From NCBI GenBank assembly GCA_976226885.1, contig OZ320320.1, positions 80,352,001 through 80,416,000 of the forward strand: 64,000 bases of DNA. Direction: 5' to 3'. This DNA comes from Iphione sp. A-MEVVRFRX5 (taxonomy: Eukaryota). This document shows, one piece after another, positions 44,490 to 55,250 of the stretch (position 1 is the stretch's first letter; every line of letters begins with the position of its first letter). Below the pieces are notes generated by a model, which saw nothing but the letters and a program-made list of their open reading frames with translations, did no database searches and was not told the origin of the DNA. A program made the translations under genes and the position numbers.

Positions 44490-46154
44490 TCACTGGGAAG
44501 GGGCAGCAGATCCTTTCGGTGTTCCCGGCTGAGGTGGCTGTGCCGCCTGAGCAGGAGGTTGAGGATTAGGTTGAGGCCCCCGGTTGGCCTCCTCTTCGGC
44601 AGGGTCGTTGTACGGTAGGTTGTCACGAATTTCCATCAGTATACGTCCGTACCAATTGTCTCCCTTCCAGCTGGGGGGTGTGGCAATCTCTGGGTGAGAA
44701 AATGGGAGTCCGATGCCCCATTTTCTATTGATGGTCGCCCAACCGATCGTCTTCTTCCCAGTGAGTCGTAGTTGTTTATGTACCCTCACATCCGATCTGA
44801 ACCGATGTTCTAGGGCCGGGAGGAGAATGTCCTTTTCAAGTGTATCGTCGGGGACAGCTGCTCGTAGGATATACAATTGCTGGAACAACTGCCTGTGGCT
44901 TTCGGGACGAACCGCCTTATTGACGACGGCGCTCTGCTTCTTTTCGAGGGCGTAGGTGATCACAAGATACTGCAAAATAGACTGGAAATTGCCATGTGTC
45001 ATCATTAGATTATATGAGTGTTCGAGTGAGAAAGGGTGCTCAGGGCCCGCAAAGATATACATCTGTCTCGTCTCCACGGTTGCGAGAGTGGCTGGTCTTA
45101 AGAATCTTGGGAGATCGTTCCAATTGTGGTGGTCATATTGAGTATTGCCTAGAAAGAGTGTGAAGTTCTTGATTCTTACACTGGGGAACTGGTTGGAGTT
45201 CTTAGCAGTGCGAGCTATACGCTTGAGGATCTCCAATCTATCACGATGTTCAGTCGCTAGGTCCTCTCTTATCCAGATTGTTTCATGCCTATAATCCTTG
45301 AGCATGGAACGGCGAAACCATACTTCATTTCTTTCTCGGAGAGTACGGAAGCGGGCAATGACTGCTCTATTTCTGCCTCTCTCAATCCCCAGTCTGTGTG
45401 CTACATCTAAGCGAACGTGCGACAAGTTGAGCGCTTCCCCGAAAAGCCTCTCTAGTCGCTTTCTCAGAGAGTCAGCAGTTTCTTCTGGATTTTCTTCAAA
45501 GCCATCAAATATTAAATTGAGACGTCTATCAAACTTCTCTTGAACCAAGGCTAGCTCTCTATGGGTTTCAACCTTCCTGTTAAGAGTTTGAATTTCACAG
45601 TTTGAGCTAAAAATCTGCCTATCGTGTTCTTCTAAGAACTCTTCATACTCTTCTAGCTTTGATTCAAATTTAGTAACAGATGAAGAAATTTTTTCGATAC
45701 TTGCAGACTGGTCATTTGTTTTTTTCCAGAGCGCCGAGATTTTTGTAGTAATGGCGGCCATGTCCGTGTGCGGAGACTTTGGTACTGCGGCTTGTTCGTC
45801 GTCAGGGATATTCGCTGGCTGAGGTTGTTCCCTTGTGAGCTGGCCATCATCTCGTCCTTGATGGTCCTTGTCGTGTTTAACCGGAGTTTTGTTGTTATCG
45901 TTGAAGGTGAGCGCCTTCTTCGCCTGCTGTGTGGATACCGGCGAGTTCGTCAACGTGGTCTGGTCCCTAGTTCTCTTCAAAGATTGCGACTGGTGGTCCA
46001 TTGTTTGGTCCTCCTCGTCCTCTTCGATATCTGAGAAGTCCGTGTCCTTTAGGAGAGAGTATGCATGATCGGAGACGGTGTGACGTTTATATGCTGTGAG
46101 TCGGGAGATATTTTCCCCCCTCGCTTGGTGTGGAGAGCGTAAATTGCCTAGCAT
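44490..46154 (-). CDS. LINE B ORF1p (554 aa): coiled coil, L1-type RRM/CTD, C-terminal NADAR-like domain (~45066-44616)
   Basis: Co-linear with LINE A ORF1: RRLNLIFDG, LDVAHRLG, IWIRED, YIFAGPEHPFS, GWATINRKWGIGLPFSH, W.GDNWYGRILMEIR. Confidence 0.9.
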   Translation of the reverse strand: MLGNLRSPHQARGENISRLTAYKRHTVSDHAYSLLKDTDFSDIEEDEEDQTMDHQSQSLKRTRDQTTLTNSPVSTQQAKKALTFNDNNKTPVKHDKDHQGRDDGQLTREQPQPANIPDDEQAAVPKSPHTDMAAITTKISALWKKTNDQSASIEKISSSVTKFESKLEEYEEFLEEHDRQIFSSNCEIQTLNRKVETHRELALVQEKFDRRLNLIFDGFEENPEETADSLRKRLERLFGEALNLSHVRLDVAHRLGIERGRNRAVIARFRTLRERNEVWFRRSMLKDYRHETIWIREDLATEHRDRLEILKRIARTAKNSNQFPSVRIKNFTLFLGNTQYDHHNWNDLPRFLRPATLATVETRQMYIFAGPEHPFSLEHSYNLMMTHGNFQSILQYLVITYALEKKQSAVVNKAVRPESHRQLFQQLYILRAAVPDDTLEKDILLPALEHRFRSDVRVHKQLRLTGKKTIGWATINRKWGIGLPFSHPEIATPPSWKGDNWYGRILMEIRDNLPYNDPAEEEANRGPQPNPQPPAQAAQPPQPGTPKGSAAPSQ

Positions 46155-46166
46155 CTTCACTTCTGC

Positions 46167-46349
46167 TTACTTAAGACCTCGTGGTGGCTTCGTGTCGAGC
46201 AGGGCGGAAGTGGTGCTGATACGTCTAATGCGCAGGTCAAGCCTGTAACCGGAAACGGCACCCCAGGTGCATGAAGATATCGGTAGATTGACAATTTTGA
46301 CAGGGTCGTATAAGGCCAGTTTGACGAATTTGCTGCTGGTATTACCCAT
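46167..46349 (-). CDS. 60-aa uORF in the LINE B 5' UTR beginning MGNTSSK
   Basis: gcaATGg Kozak context. The stop ends 12 nt before the ORF1 ATG. Confidence 0.35.
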   Translation of the reverse strand: MGNTSSKFVKLALYDPVKIVNLPISSCTWGAVSGYRLDLRIRRISTTSALLDTKPPRGLK

Positions 46350-47051
46350 TGCAATTTCTTGGGATGTTCATCTTACTCCTCGCTTGTTATTTTCGTTTTC
46401 TGGTAGCTTAATACCTGCCTAGGAGGCTATTTTTTCTAGCCCTGAATTAAGGCCGCCATGTGTGTTCGCGACCGGAACCGGATCCCCATCAGAAATAAAC
46501 TTGGCATGTGCCTTTTAAAAAAAAAAAAAAAACTAAATCCACAGCAAGTACTGTTTGCTCGTGTGGGCAAGGTCTAAATATGACCACTATCGTACAGACA
46601 CGATATGCAAAGCAACAATTCTCTGACTGAAATACATTACAATGGAGACATTTATTTGAAATATTGTGTTGAATTAAATTAAAGTCTTGATAAATAATAA
46701 GGGAATATCGAACATGAACATCCTTGCTTAGTACATGTACTATTTCTAAAGTCGCATACTAACATGCGCGTTAGCAGGACTATAGCAGGGTCCCGCAGAA
46801 TGTAATTGCGTTCAGCTGGAAAAGAAAGGGGGCCAGTATTTTATCGACAGCTGATAGATCCAATGCGAACTTTTAATCATCAGTAAATCATGAAACCATG
46901 TATTTTCAATTTATCCATAACAGGTTCAAATAAATATATATGAATATAATGATTCCGCAGAAACGCATCAGTGACCATGCCGGGCAGTGTTTCTTCCCAA
47001 GGTTGAGTGGAAGGGAAGGAATATTTGTGGGTACTCAAAGAAATTAGAAAT

Positions 47052-47243
47052 ATGCTTCGCTTCCGATATAGGTTGCGGCATCGCAATTTACCCAAAGCAT
47101 CCGGGGTGACCGAACTTGGCCACGGAAAGGGACCTGAAGGGAGAATTCTGCGTCTCCGGAAAATTGTGACGGCCCTAGTTCGACATGAGAGGATCGAGGG
47201 TGCATTCGACTATATGGATGAATCCAGGGGCTATGTGGAGCTG
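47052..47243 (+). CDS. MRPL17: mitochondrial ribosomal protein bL17m exon 1
   Basis: GKGPEGRILRLRKIVTALVRHERIEGAFDYMDESRGYVE resembles MRPL17 GPESRI..LRN..T.LVRHERIE..DEMRGYAE. Donor CTG|gtaagg. Confidence 0.93.
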
Positions 47244-48231
47244 GTAAGGATTGTAAACAGTATACGTTGTGGATAATGTATAGGTTTGGATACGGACATT
47301 TCGTCGCTATTGCAACTTTGTCTTCATCTTTTCGACGTCGAACAATGTTGTCTTCAAGTCGGTTGTTTGTAAAAGTTACTTTTAAAAACGTTTAAGTGTA
47401 TGTGTGCATGTATGGACCTCCAGTATCCCCCCCCCCCCCCCCAGTTTGCTCCCTGTCCTTCCCTCATTTTCTGCCCTCCGGTTTCTAGTCATTTCGATCT
47501 CTTCATTTTTGAGTAGGTTAACACAAATTATTTCTAACAAGAACAGATATAACCACATGTAAATAGACATGTATATAAAAGATATTTTGAGGACCACTCT
47601 GGGTGATGATTGATGAGGTAAAAGTGAAGTTATTGAGCTTTACTTTGGTGGCCACCGGAATGCAAGCCAACTTGCTTATAGAAACACATGATTGTTCATT
47701 TGAAGTAGACCCATCTTTTAAATTTGTGCATGTATACAGAATCCCATGGCGCATACAAAGACCACCTATTAAAGATCAGTCTCTCTGAATAATATCTAGA
47801 ACCATAAATACATGGATAGGTACTCAAGTTTGAATGAGACATAATGTTGAAAAAATATTTTAGCAAACTTGTAGCTGTTGAAATAGTTACGGAGCAAAAC
47901 TTCTTACTCGCCTTCTGTCATACCCCGCTGATTTGTCACTTGTGTAGCGAAGGTGGCAGTATGATAGTCTCTTCAGCAGTGGATTAAGATGTTCATGGGA
48001 CTTGGTTTGAACCTCTCTGTATGAGCAACATCCCAAGAGAAGTGAGGAGGTGGTTTTGTTCGGGTTTGTAGTAAGGGAACGAAAGAAGCAAGCATGTGTA
48101 GCATGTTTTCATGAATCTGATGCAGTGAAAACTTGACGCCGTCTTCACTGTGTTCATAGTAGTAAAATAGTAACGGAAACATGGAGCCTTGTGTCACCAC
48201 AGTAGATTAGCATAATTACACTACTTATATA

Positions 48232-48480
48232 AAATGTTGCCCCAAAGTAGTACGAGCCAGTGTGATAGCAGAAATCCTGTGATATTTGGCGAGAAGTGTA
48301 TTCCTTCACCTGTGTTTATGCACTCAAGCATAACCGAGAGTTGTAAAATGCTGTAAAATATTGCCTGAAAGTAGTACCAGCCAGTATGATGGCAGAAATC
48401 CCACGATATTTGGAAAGAAGTGTATTCCTACACCTATGTTATGTACAGTCAAGCATAACCAAGGGTTGTAGAATGTCATG
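48232..48480. repeat. diverged tandem duplication, ~124 bp x2 (partial third copy ~48547-48573), in MRPL17 intron 1
   Basis: AAAGTAGTAC.AGCCAGT.TGAT.GCAGAAATCC..GATATTTGG..AGAAGTGTATTCCT occurs twice. Confidence 0.8.
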
Positions 48481-49078
48481 CCTGGCAGTGTGTACTTTGT
48501 TTTCCTACGCCTATCTCTCCCCCCCCAACAAAAAGAAAAAAATGATGATAACCAAGGGTTGTAAAATGCTATCCCTGCTCCTCAGACTTGGCAGTGCAAT
48601 CGCCCAAAGCGCCTGTTCCCATTGTGAAAATTGGGAACTTTCTCAATCTGAAAACACAACAGGCAGACATGGGACACGTTACTTTTCAATCTCTCGCTGA
48701 GTACAAAAGAGAGGTCAGTAGGATATGAATGTATGTTTAGTCTGTGCTATCTGTCTCTCCGTCTGCGCTTCCTCCTTACGCTCTCTGCCTTCTATCCTCA
48801 CATGCTCTCCCACCTGCACTTGCTCTCCCTCTATTGGTCTATCTGTTGCCTTTTACAAAGAAAACTTTTAAATATCCTCTTGTCGGTTTTTAAGGTCTAG
48901 AGTAGTCAAACGTAAGAGGAACCGATTGGTTGAATTGTGTCATTATAACAAATACAATACTGCTGTGCTATTTTACTATCTGTAGATCGAATCCTGATGT
49001 ATACATATCATATGTATAATGCAAATTAGAGTAAACGTTGTCCTTGTTCAAATTCCAATCCAAATCTTTTTCTTACAG

Positions 49079-49150
49079 CTCATTCAAGAGGCACAGAAAC
49101 ACGGTGACAAACATGCAAAGACCATGGAATTGGCGGATTACTGGCTTCTT
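49079..49150 (+). CDS. MRPL17: MRPL17 exon 2 (LIQEAQKHGDKHAKTMELADYWLL)
   Basis: tcttacag| ... |gtaagt, 72 nt, phase 0. Confidence 0.92.
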
Positions 49151-49677
49151 GTAAGTATACACAAGACATATTCATCTGAAAAGGTCTCACAAAGAGGTTA
49201 ATGACAAAGGAGGGAAAAATGCATGGAAACTGAGGTTGCATGGAAGCTGCTGTGACATTTTGACGCGAAAAGTAAGGGGCACAAAAGCAACATTGTATGT
49301 CAAAGAAACACTTAGGAGGGCAGACTGATTGCAAAAGATCTGCCAAAAGCTGCTCAGGGGCAACCAAGTTCATGATGAGGAGGGAGATAAGTAGTAGAGC
49401 ATTAGGACTCGATATTGGAATTATTGCACTCGATATCTGACTTATTGCACGTGGCATTTTATTCTGATCATTAATCGGGTTTATTCTGACAGTGTCTTTT
49501 TTTTAAAAAAGTATAATGGTATTATATACACATGTGCAGTCCACACTCGATTAAATATACACTATTAGTTTCCACAATAATCTGGTTGATAGGGTAGGGA
49601 GATGAATGAATTTTCCAGGATGTTCATTGAGTTACATTATAGGCACCCTCTCAGTCATCGTGTTTCCTTTAGTAGCC

Positions 49678-50631
49678 CAGTCAGCTTTAAATGACTGCAT
49701 CTGTAGAGATGTGAGGGACAGTCAGCTTTAAATATCTGCCCCTGTAGAGATGTGAGGGCAGTCAGCTTTAAATGACTGCGCCTGTAGAGATGCGAGGGAC
49801 AGTCAGCTTTAAGTGCCTCCACTTGTAGAGACATGAAGGACAATCAGCTTTAAATGTGTGCACCTGTAGAGATGTGAGGGCAGTCAGCTTTAAATGACTG
49901 CACCTGTAGAGACATGATGCACAGTCAGCTTTAAATGACTGCACCTGTAGAGATACAAGGAACAGTCAGCTTTAAATGCCTGCACCTGTAGAGACATGAT
50001 GCACAGTCAGCTTTAAATGACTGCACCTGTAGAGACATGAGGGACAGTCAGCTTTAAATGACTGCACCTGTAGAGATACAAGGAACAGTCAGCTTTAAAT
50101 TCCTGCACCTGTAGTGACATGATGCACAGTCAGCTTTAAATGACTGCACCTATAGAGACATGATGCACAGTCAGCTTTAAATGACTGCACCTGTAGAGAC
50201 ATGAGGGACAGTCAGCTTTAAATGACTGCACCTGTAGAGACATGATGCACAGTCAGCTTTAAATGACTGTATCTGTAGAGACATGATGCACAGTCAGCTT
50301 TAAATGACTGTATCTGTAGAGACATGAGGGCAGTCAGCTTTAAATGATTGCATCTTTAGAGACATGAGAGACAGTCAGCTTTAAATGACTGTATCTTTAG
50401 AGACATGACGTACAGTCAGCTTTAAATGACTGCATCTTTAGAGACATGAGGGACAGTCAGCTTTAAATGACTGTATCTGTAAACATGTGAGGGACAGTCA
50501 GCTTTAAATGACTGCATCTGTAGAGACATGACATACAGTCAGCTTTAAATGACTTTATCTGTAAACATGTGAGGGACAGTCAAGTTTAAATGACTGCATC
50601 TGTAGACACATGAGGGACAGTCAGCTTTAAA
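49678..50631. repeat. minisatellite, 40-41 bp unit, ~23 copies, in MRPL17 intron 2
   Basis: Consensus CAGTCAGCTTTAAATGACTGCACCTGTAGAGACATGAGGGA. Confidence 0.97.
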
Positions 50632-51061
50632 ACGTTATTACTCCTGCCCTGCTAGCCATCACTTCCACGTCTGATATCCTCTACTGCCTACATTTTCTTT
50701 TTCGTGGGACAAACTCAACTGAGGCCTAGGTATTTAATGCCCCCGTGTCCAACCCAGATGCCACATAACCCAAAGAGTAGTGTAACGAAGGTTGACAAAT
50801 GAAATTAATCGCACTTTCTTGTTTTTCCCCCCTAAAATTGAAAGCCCTGTTATGGGTATCCTGCACTCTTCAGTAAATGCATCTAATTGGGATCTGTCCC
50901 CATAAGATCCTTAAAATATAATATAGAAAATATATTCTGCTCCTATTTAAGATCAGCCCCGATTGGAGATGTGTACTTAAGGAGACTTTCCCCTTGTAAA
51001 TTATTTGTTTTTATATTGTGTGATACTGACATGGGATGGTGGTGTGTTTACTTTTTTCTAG

Positions 51062-51200
51062 GAGAAGGACTTGGTTCACAAGCTGTTCAAAGTATTAGCC
51101 CCGCGCTATCAGAACTACAGCAGCGCCTTCACCAAGCTGCACCATCTACCCAAGGAGTACCCCGGCGGCAGCAAGAAGCTCGCCATCCTCGAGTTAAAAG
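51062..51200 (+). CDS. MRPL17: MRPL17 exon 3 (EKDLVHKLFKVLAPRY...AILELKG)
   Basis: ttttttctag| ... AAAG|gtacag. Resembles EKDLIPKLFQVLAPRY. Confidence 0.94.
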
Positions 51201-51820
51201 GTACAGTTCCAGCAGGACGAGAGCAGCCAAGGGCCATAGTCAAACCCGTGACCATTCACTCCGTTCTGTTCAACTAATATAGCGACTGCCATTTACTATA
51301 AGTTTAGATCCTCGGAGTGAGTATCTTACTAGTGTCCATCTCATAGTGAGCCCATGGATTAATGATCTCAGGGCCAGACTTGAAAGGAATCATATATTTA
51401 TTGAGACAAATAAGTCCGACCAACAATCCTCCAAAGTTGTCAGAAAGGGAATCGGGAATGAGGACGTAAACGTGTACATAAATACATGAATATATGTGCA
51501 TGTACTTGAAATGCCACCACGTGTTGAATACATAGCGTAGTGCACGATATTTTGAGTGGTCTATTAATTTAATTCTAGTTTGAAACGTGAATGTGTATTT
51601 TATTTGCCATCCCTTTGAAATAGCGTAGAATCTGTTTGTTTGAACTGTGACTATTTTCTTTTTCTGTGTTGAATGTGACATCACTCATGAATTTCAAATT
51701 AACTTCTCAGGAACCTGCGACCTTGCTTTACATTTTCTCGTTCTAGTGAGATTATACCATATTCAGTGCTCAATTGAACGTTCAGTCTATTTATCTTTCG
51801 TAACTGCATCTCGTTGCCAG

Positions 51821-52080
51821 GCAACCCATGGCCGCCCGTCGTTCCCCATCATCACGAGATTGGGGGAAGTCTCGTCAACGTTCTCGTCGATGCACTGCGT
51901 CAGTCTCGGCGAGCGGAGAAGTTCGCTGCGTCCACGCCAGGGTCCCCCACTGTCGACCAGGACGACATTGTCTCGCAGGCACGAGACGAACACAGCAGCG
52001 CCAGTACACGGCCTCCACCGGAACTAGAACCTAAAAAGACTCCTAGTCCTAATGTACCGACAGACGGAACGCCGGTATAG
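51821..52080 (+). CDS. MRPL17: MRPL17 exon 4; spliced product ~220 aa
   Basis: ttgccag|, phase 1, GNPWPP..SLVNVLVDALR. AATAAA at 52325 and 52345. Confidence 0.9.
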
Positions 52081-53502
52081 CCGTCCTAGATTTATTACAT
52101 GTGTTCTCATTATTCATGGCTAGAGATCCGGTATTGATATTTTACTACATGTATAAGGAAACGCTGAGACGTTGACAGAATTCCAACTGCCGTGCTAGAC
52201 TTTCACTGACACAATTACGTCTTCGGTGTCACTGAAGCGGGGCCGCCAGACCAGCATACGAAGCCTCAACAGCAGCAGCAGCGATGGTAGATAACTACCT
52301 TGTGGTTTGACAAAATCATCTGTAAATAAATCGGTCGAAGAGAAAATAAAAGATGTACAGAATTGGTCGAAGTAGTTTGACTGACGAGCCTCCTGTTAAT
52401 TTCTCCAACTGTAATGGAACATTATAAACGGTCGGGCCATTCATTCAGTACGTTACTTTCGAAACGTCGTGGATTTTCCTCTTATTCATGGCCCATAATA
52501 ATCGAGAATCCTGTCCTTGTTTCCAGCTCAAACAAAGTCCCATTCTTCAACGGACTATTCAACACTAATGGAAAATATGCTCAGGTTAATCACGGAACAC
52601 CGTATATTCCATTCTCAGAAATGACGTCCTTTTCCCCTCAGGATCAAATTTTAAAACCGAGGGTAATGTTTTTTTTTCAAAGAAACAGCAAACCTTTTAT
52701 AACTTGCATTAAGGTGTTCTGGGGTGTTGAATACTGGATACATGGCCTACTTCATGTAAAATGTGTGTTTGCGGCTTAATGGGGAAATAACCTTTCAACT
52801 TTGAATTTCTGTGCGTAGTTGCATTGATATAACCCAAGTTAGAGTTGAATCTCGATTGTATCTGTATGTAAAAGGTTTACAATCGATATAAAAAATAATA
52901 ACTTGCGATGGGCAGCTAGCTCAGTACAAAGTTGCCCAAGGTTGAAAAATTTTCTTGAACAAACGAGGAATTGAATTTTTTTAGGATAATATCATTCTGA
53001 TTGCAAAGGATGGTGGAAAGCGATAGAGATTATCGTTTAGTGTTGGCACTTATTTCAGAAAAGTTAAAAGTTTGACAGAAAATCCTCAGATTAGTAATAG
53101 TCAATCCCATTTCTTTCTTTTTTTGGGGGGAGGGGGTAACAGAGAACCATAGATCACTGGCCATGTTAACTTTGTAATAGAGAACCATGGGCCACTCATG
53201 TCCCTTCGCACGTTTGGTGGTCCATTTATTTACAGGTAGATACATTTTAGTTGTGTTCCCCTTGTATGGCATTGAACCATTTACCACCGCTTTGAACTTT
53301 GATGATAATGGTGGTTCAGGTTTATATGTCGACATGGGAGCCGTGTTACGTTTTTTATTTACTAAAATGTTCTTTAGATGCTGACTTCTCAATTCTGCAC
53401 AGTTAGCAAAAAGATATCACCATAGCCTCACTGGCAAGACGTCATCAAAGATGCATTCACATCCACAGACATAAGTACACGTACATGTACATACATCTCT
53501 TA

Positions 53503-53876
53503 AATTACCCAGTTTGACTAGACTTACCTGAGTAAGTTGCAGATAAACTGGAGTTAGTTCCGATGGAGGAACGGAATGGTGAGCAAGGGAGAGATATCAC
53601 GTCTGCCATCTGGTGGACAACAGTCTTGAAAGAAGAGAGAAACCGAGCAGCTGCCCTGATGACAAAAAACCCTGCTGACATCCGGTGTCTAGCAGAAATC
53701 GTGTGGAGGTGTAAGTCTAAAGTAATGGCCATTGGGTGTGGCTGGGTGGGCCCTTGCTCACCACTCCGTTCCTCCATCGGAACTAACTCCAGTTTATCTG
53801 CAACTTACTCAGGTAAGTCTAGTCAAACTGGGTAATTAGTTCTGCTGGTCGTCACTACGTGGCGACCAAGGGAGAG
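53503..53876. repeat. DIRS 3' terminus: right ITR with extension (53503-53624) and ICR (53751-53876)
   Basis: 53503-53589 is the inverse of 53751-53837 (87 bp, 1 mismatch). 53836-53876 is the inverse of 58413-58453 (1 mismatch). 53584-53624 is the inverse of 58382-58422. Confidence 0.95.
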
Positions 53877-54162
53877 TTGAAAGCCTGTGAATAGGGTAGA
53901 AAGAACAACCAAGAAGGGCAGCGTTCAGGTGAAAACAAGCAATTTTGTTTAATACTGAATCCAACATGGCGTAGTAATGAACAATCATTCTCCTGTGTGA
54001 AGCAGGAACTGCATGCAAAGATTGACGTCAGTACTGAAAGACTGACCCCCGTTTTGTCTTTATCTCAACGTCGGTTATAGAGAAACAACCCAACTTCAAC
54101 TAGAAAAGAGAACAAACATGAACGTCCGTCTTATGACCAAAACTGCTGCGGGGTAGTTAAAG

Positions 54163-55250
54163 TCATTTGCGTGGAAGAATGTCTTTTCGATAGTGCTTAA
54201 GGAAGCTGGAATCAGACTTCCACATTCCTCGCTGGAGGACATCTTGCAGGGGCATGCCTTGGGCATATGACTTGGAGGCCGACGCCCCTCTGGTGCTGTG
54301 GGCCGAATAGATCGTAGTATCGATCCCAGCTGCTTGCATGACTTGTTTAGCCCACCGTGCTATGGTGGATTGTCCTACGGAACGGTGCGGAGGGATCAGC
54401 GCCACCAGCAATTTCCCCTGTCCCTCTGCAATGTCTCTAGTTCTTTTGAGATACTCTCTAAGGCAACTTATGACACACAAGGCCCTATCTTCTGAGCATG
54501 GACTGAGAACTACCCTATCTGTGCGACGCCCTGGTGCCGAGTGTTTTAATACTGACCCATAGAGGATAGTGACTGACCCATCCGTAGAGAAATGTATGTT
54601 AGACCGTAAGATCTTATACAGCGTCTGAGTGCGGCCGAACGTGGCCAAGAGCAACAACATGTTGAGTTTCAACGTTAGGTCTTTTAGTGTCAGTGTCGAA
54701 ACTGGAGTCCAAGTCCGCAATAAGCCCAAGACCAAGTCTACGTCCCAGGTGTCTGAATAACGGGCACGTGGGGGCGGATGTTAAAAATGCCTCGCAACAT
54801 CCTAGTAGTTAGGTACTGCTGTCCGAAAGTGACCCCCCCCTGCTTAGGCAGGACGACGGAAAGTGCTGACCGAGCGGTATTTATGGTGTTATACCGGGCC
54901 CCTTGAAGGAAAAGTTTGTGTAGAAACAGAAGTCCTTGCTGCGTGGTTGCCCGGCGAGGGTGGTAACCATTTTCTACACAGAAAGTATGCCAACGTTGTA
55001 AGTAAGACCGGTAAATGTTCCTCGTTTTCGGTCGCCAGGAACAGAGAATGTGACGTATGATGGCCGGAGCTGTGGTCAATTCCTGGACGGCTTGTAGCAT
55101 AAGAGTGCCACCACTAGTCTCGAGCTTGCGATGTGAGGCTGGCTGTGAGCCAGTCGTCCCTGAAGGTTGTCTGGTTCGCTTTGGAATTTTAGTAGTGGTC
55201 GGTTGGTTGCTTTCAGAAGGAGGGGGAACCACCATTGTGCGGTCCACCAC
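54163..55250 (-). pseudogene. DIRS tyrosine recombinase (N-terminal SAM-like domain plus catalytic domain), 1-nt frameshift at ~54765
   Basis: WRPKTRNIYRSY..RW, ARSALS, F..RP..P|Y..TWDV, ATFGRTQ (R), AHSTRGAS (H-x-x-R), WKSDSSFLKHY (W, Y). Confidence 0.92.

Larger units (their letters stand above)
34345..46487 (-). mobile_element. LINE B: full-length L1/Tx1-type element (~6.5 kb without D), antisense, inserted in the 3' end of LINE A
   Basis: TSD (C)ATCAGAAATAAAC(TT) at 34331-34346 and 46487-46502, poly(T) at 34345-34356, 5' end GGGGATCCGGTTCCGG at 46487. Confidence 0.92.
28283..46530 (+). mobile_element. LINE A: full-length L1/Tx1-type element (own sequence 28283-34344 plus 46488-46530), hosting LINEs B and D
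   Basis: 14-bp TSD AACTAAATCCACAG at 28269-28282 and 46531-46544, polyA at 46517-46532, and two intact ORFs. Confidence 0.93.

Noticed and set aside
49678-50631. CRISPR-like regular spacing with a palindromic core
   Set aside because: The whole unit repeats with no unique spacers, there are no cas genes, and the context is a eukaryotic intron.
52380-53400. Short ORFs between MRPL17 and the DIRS
   Set aside because: No motifs, splice structure or codon bias; treated as intergenic DNA or decayed repeats.
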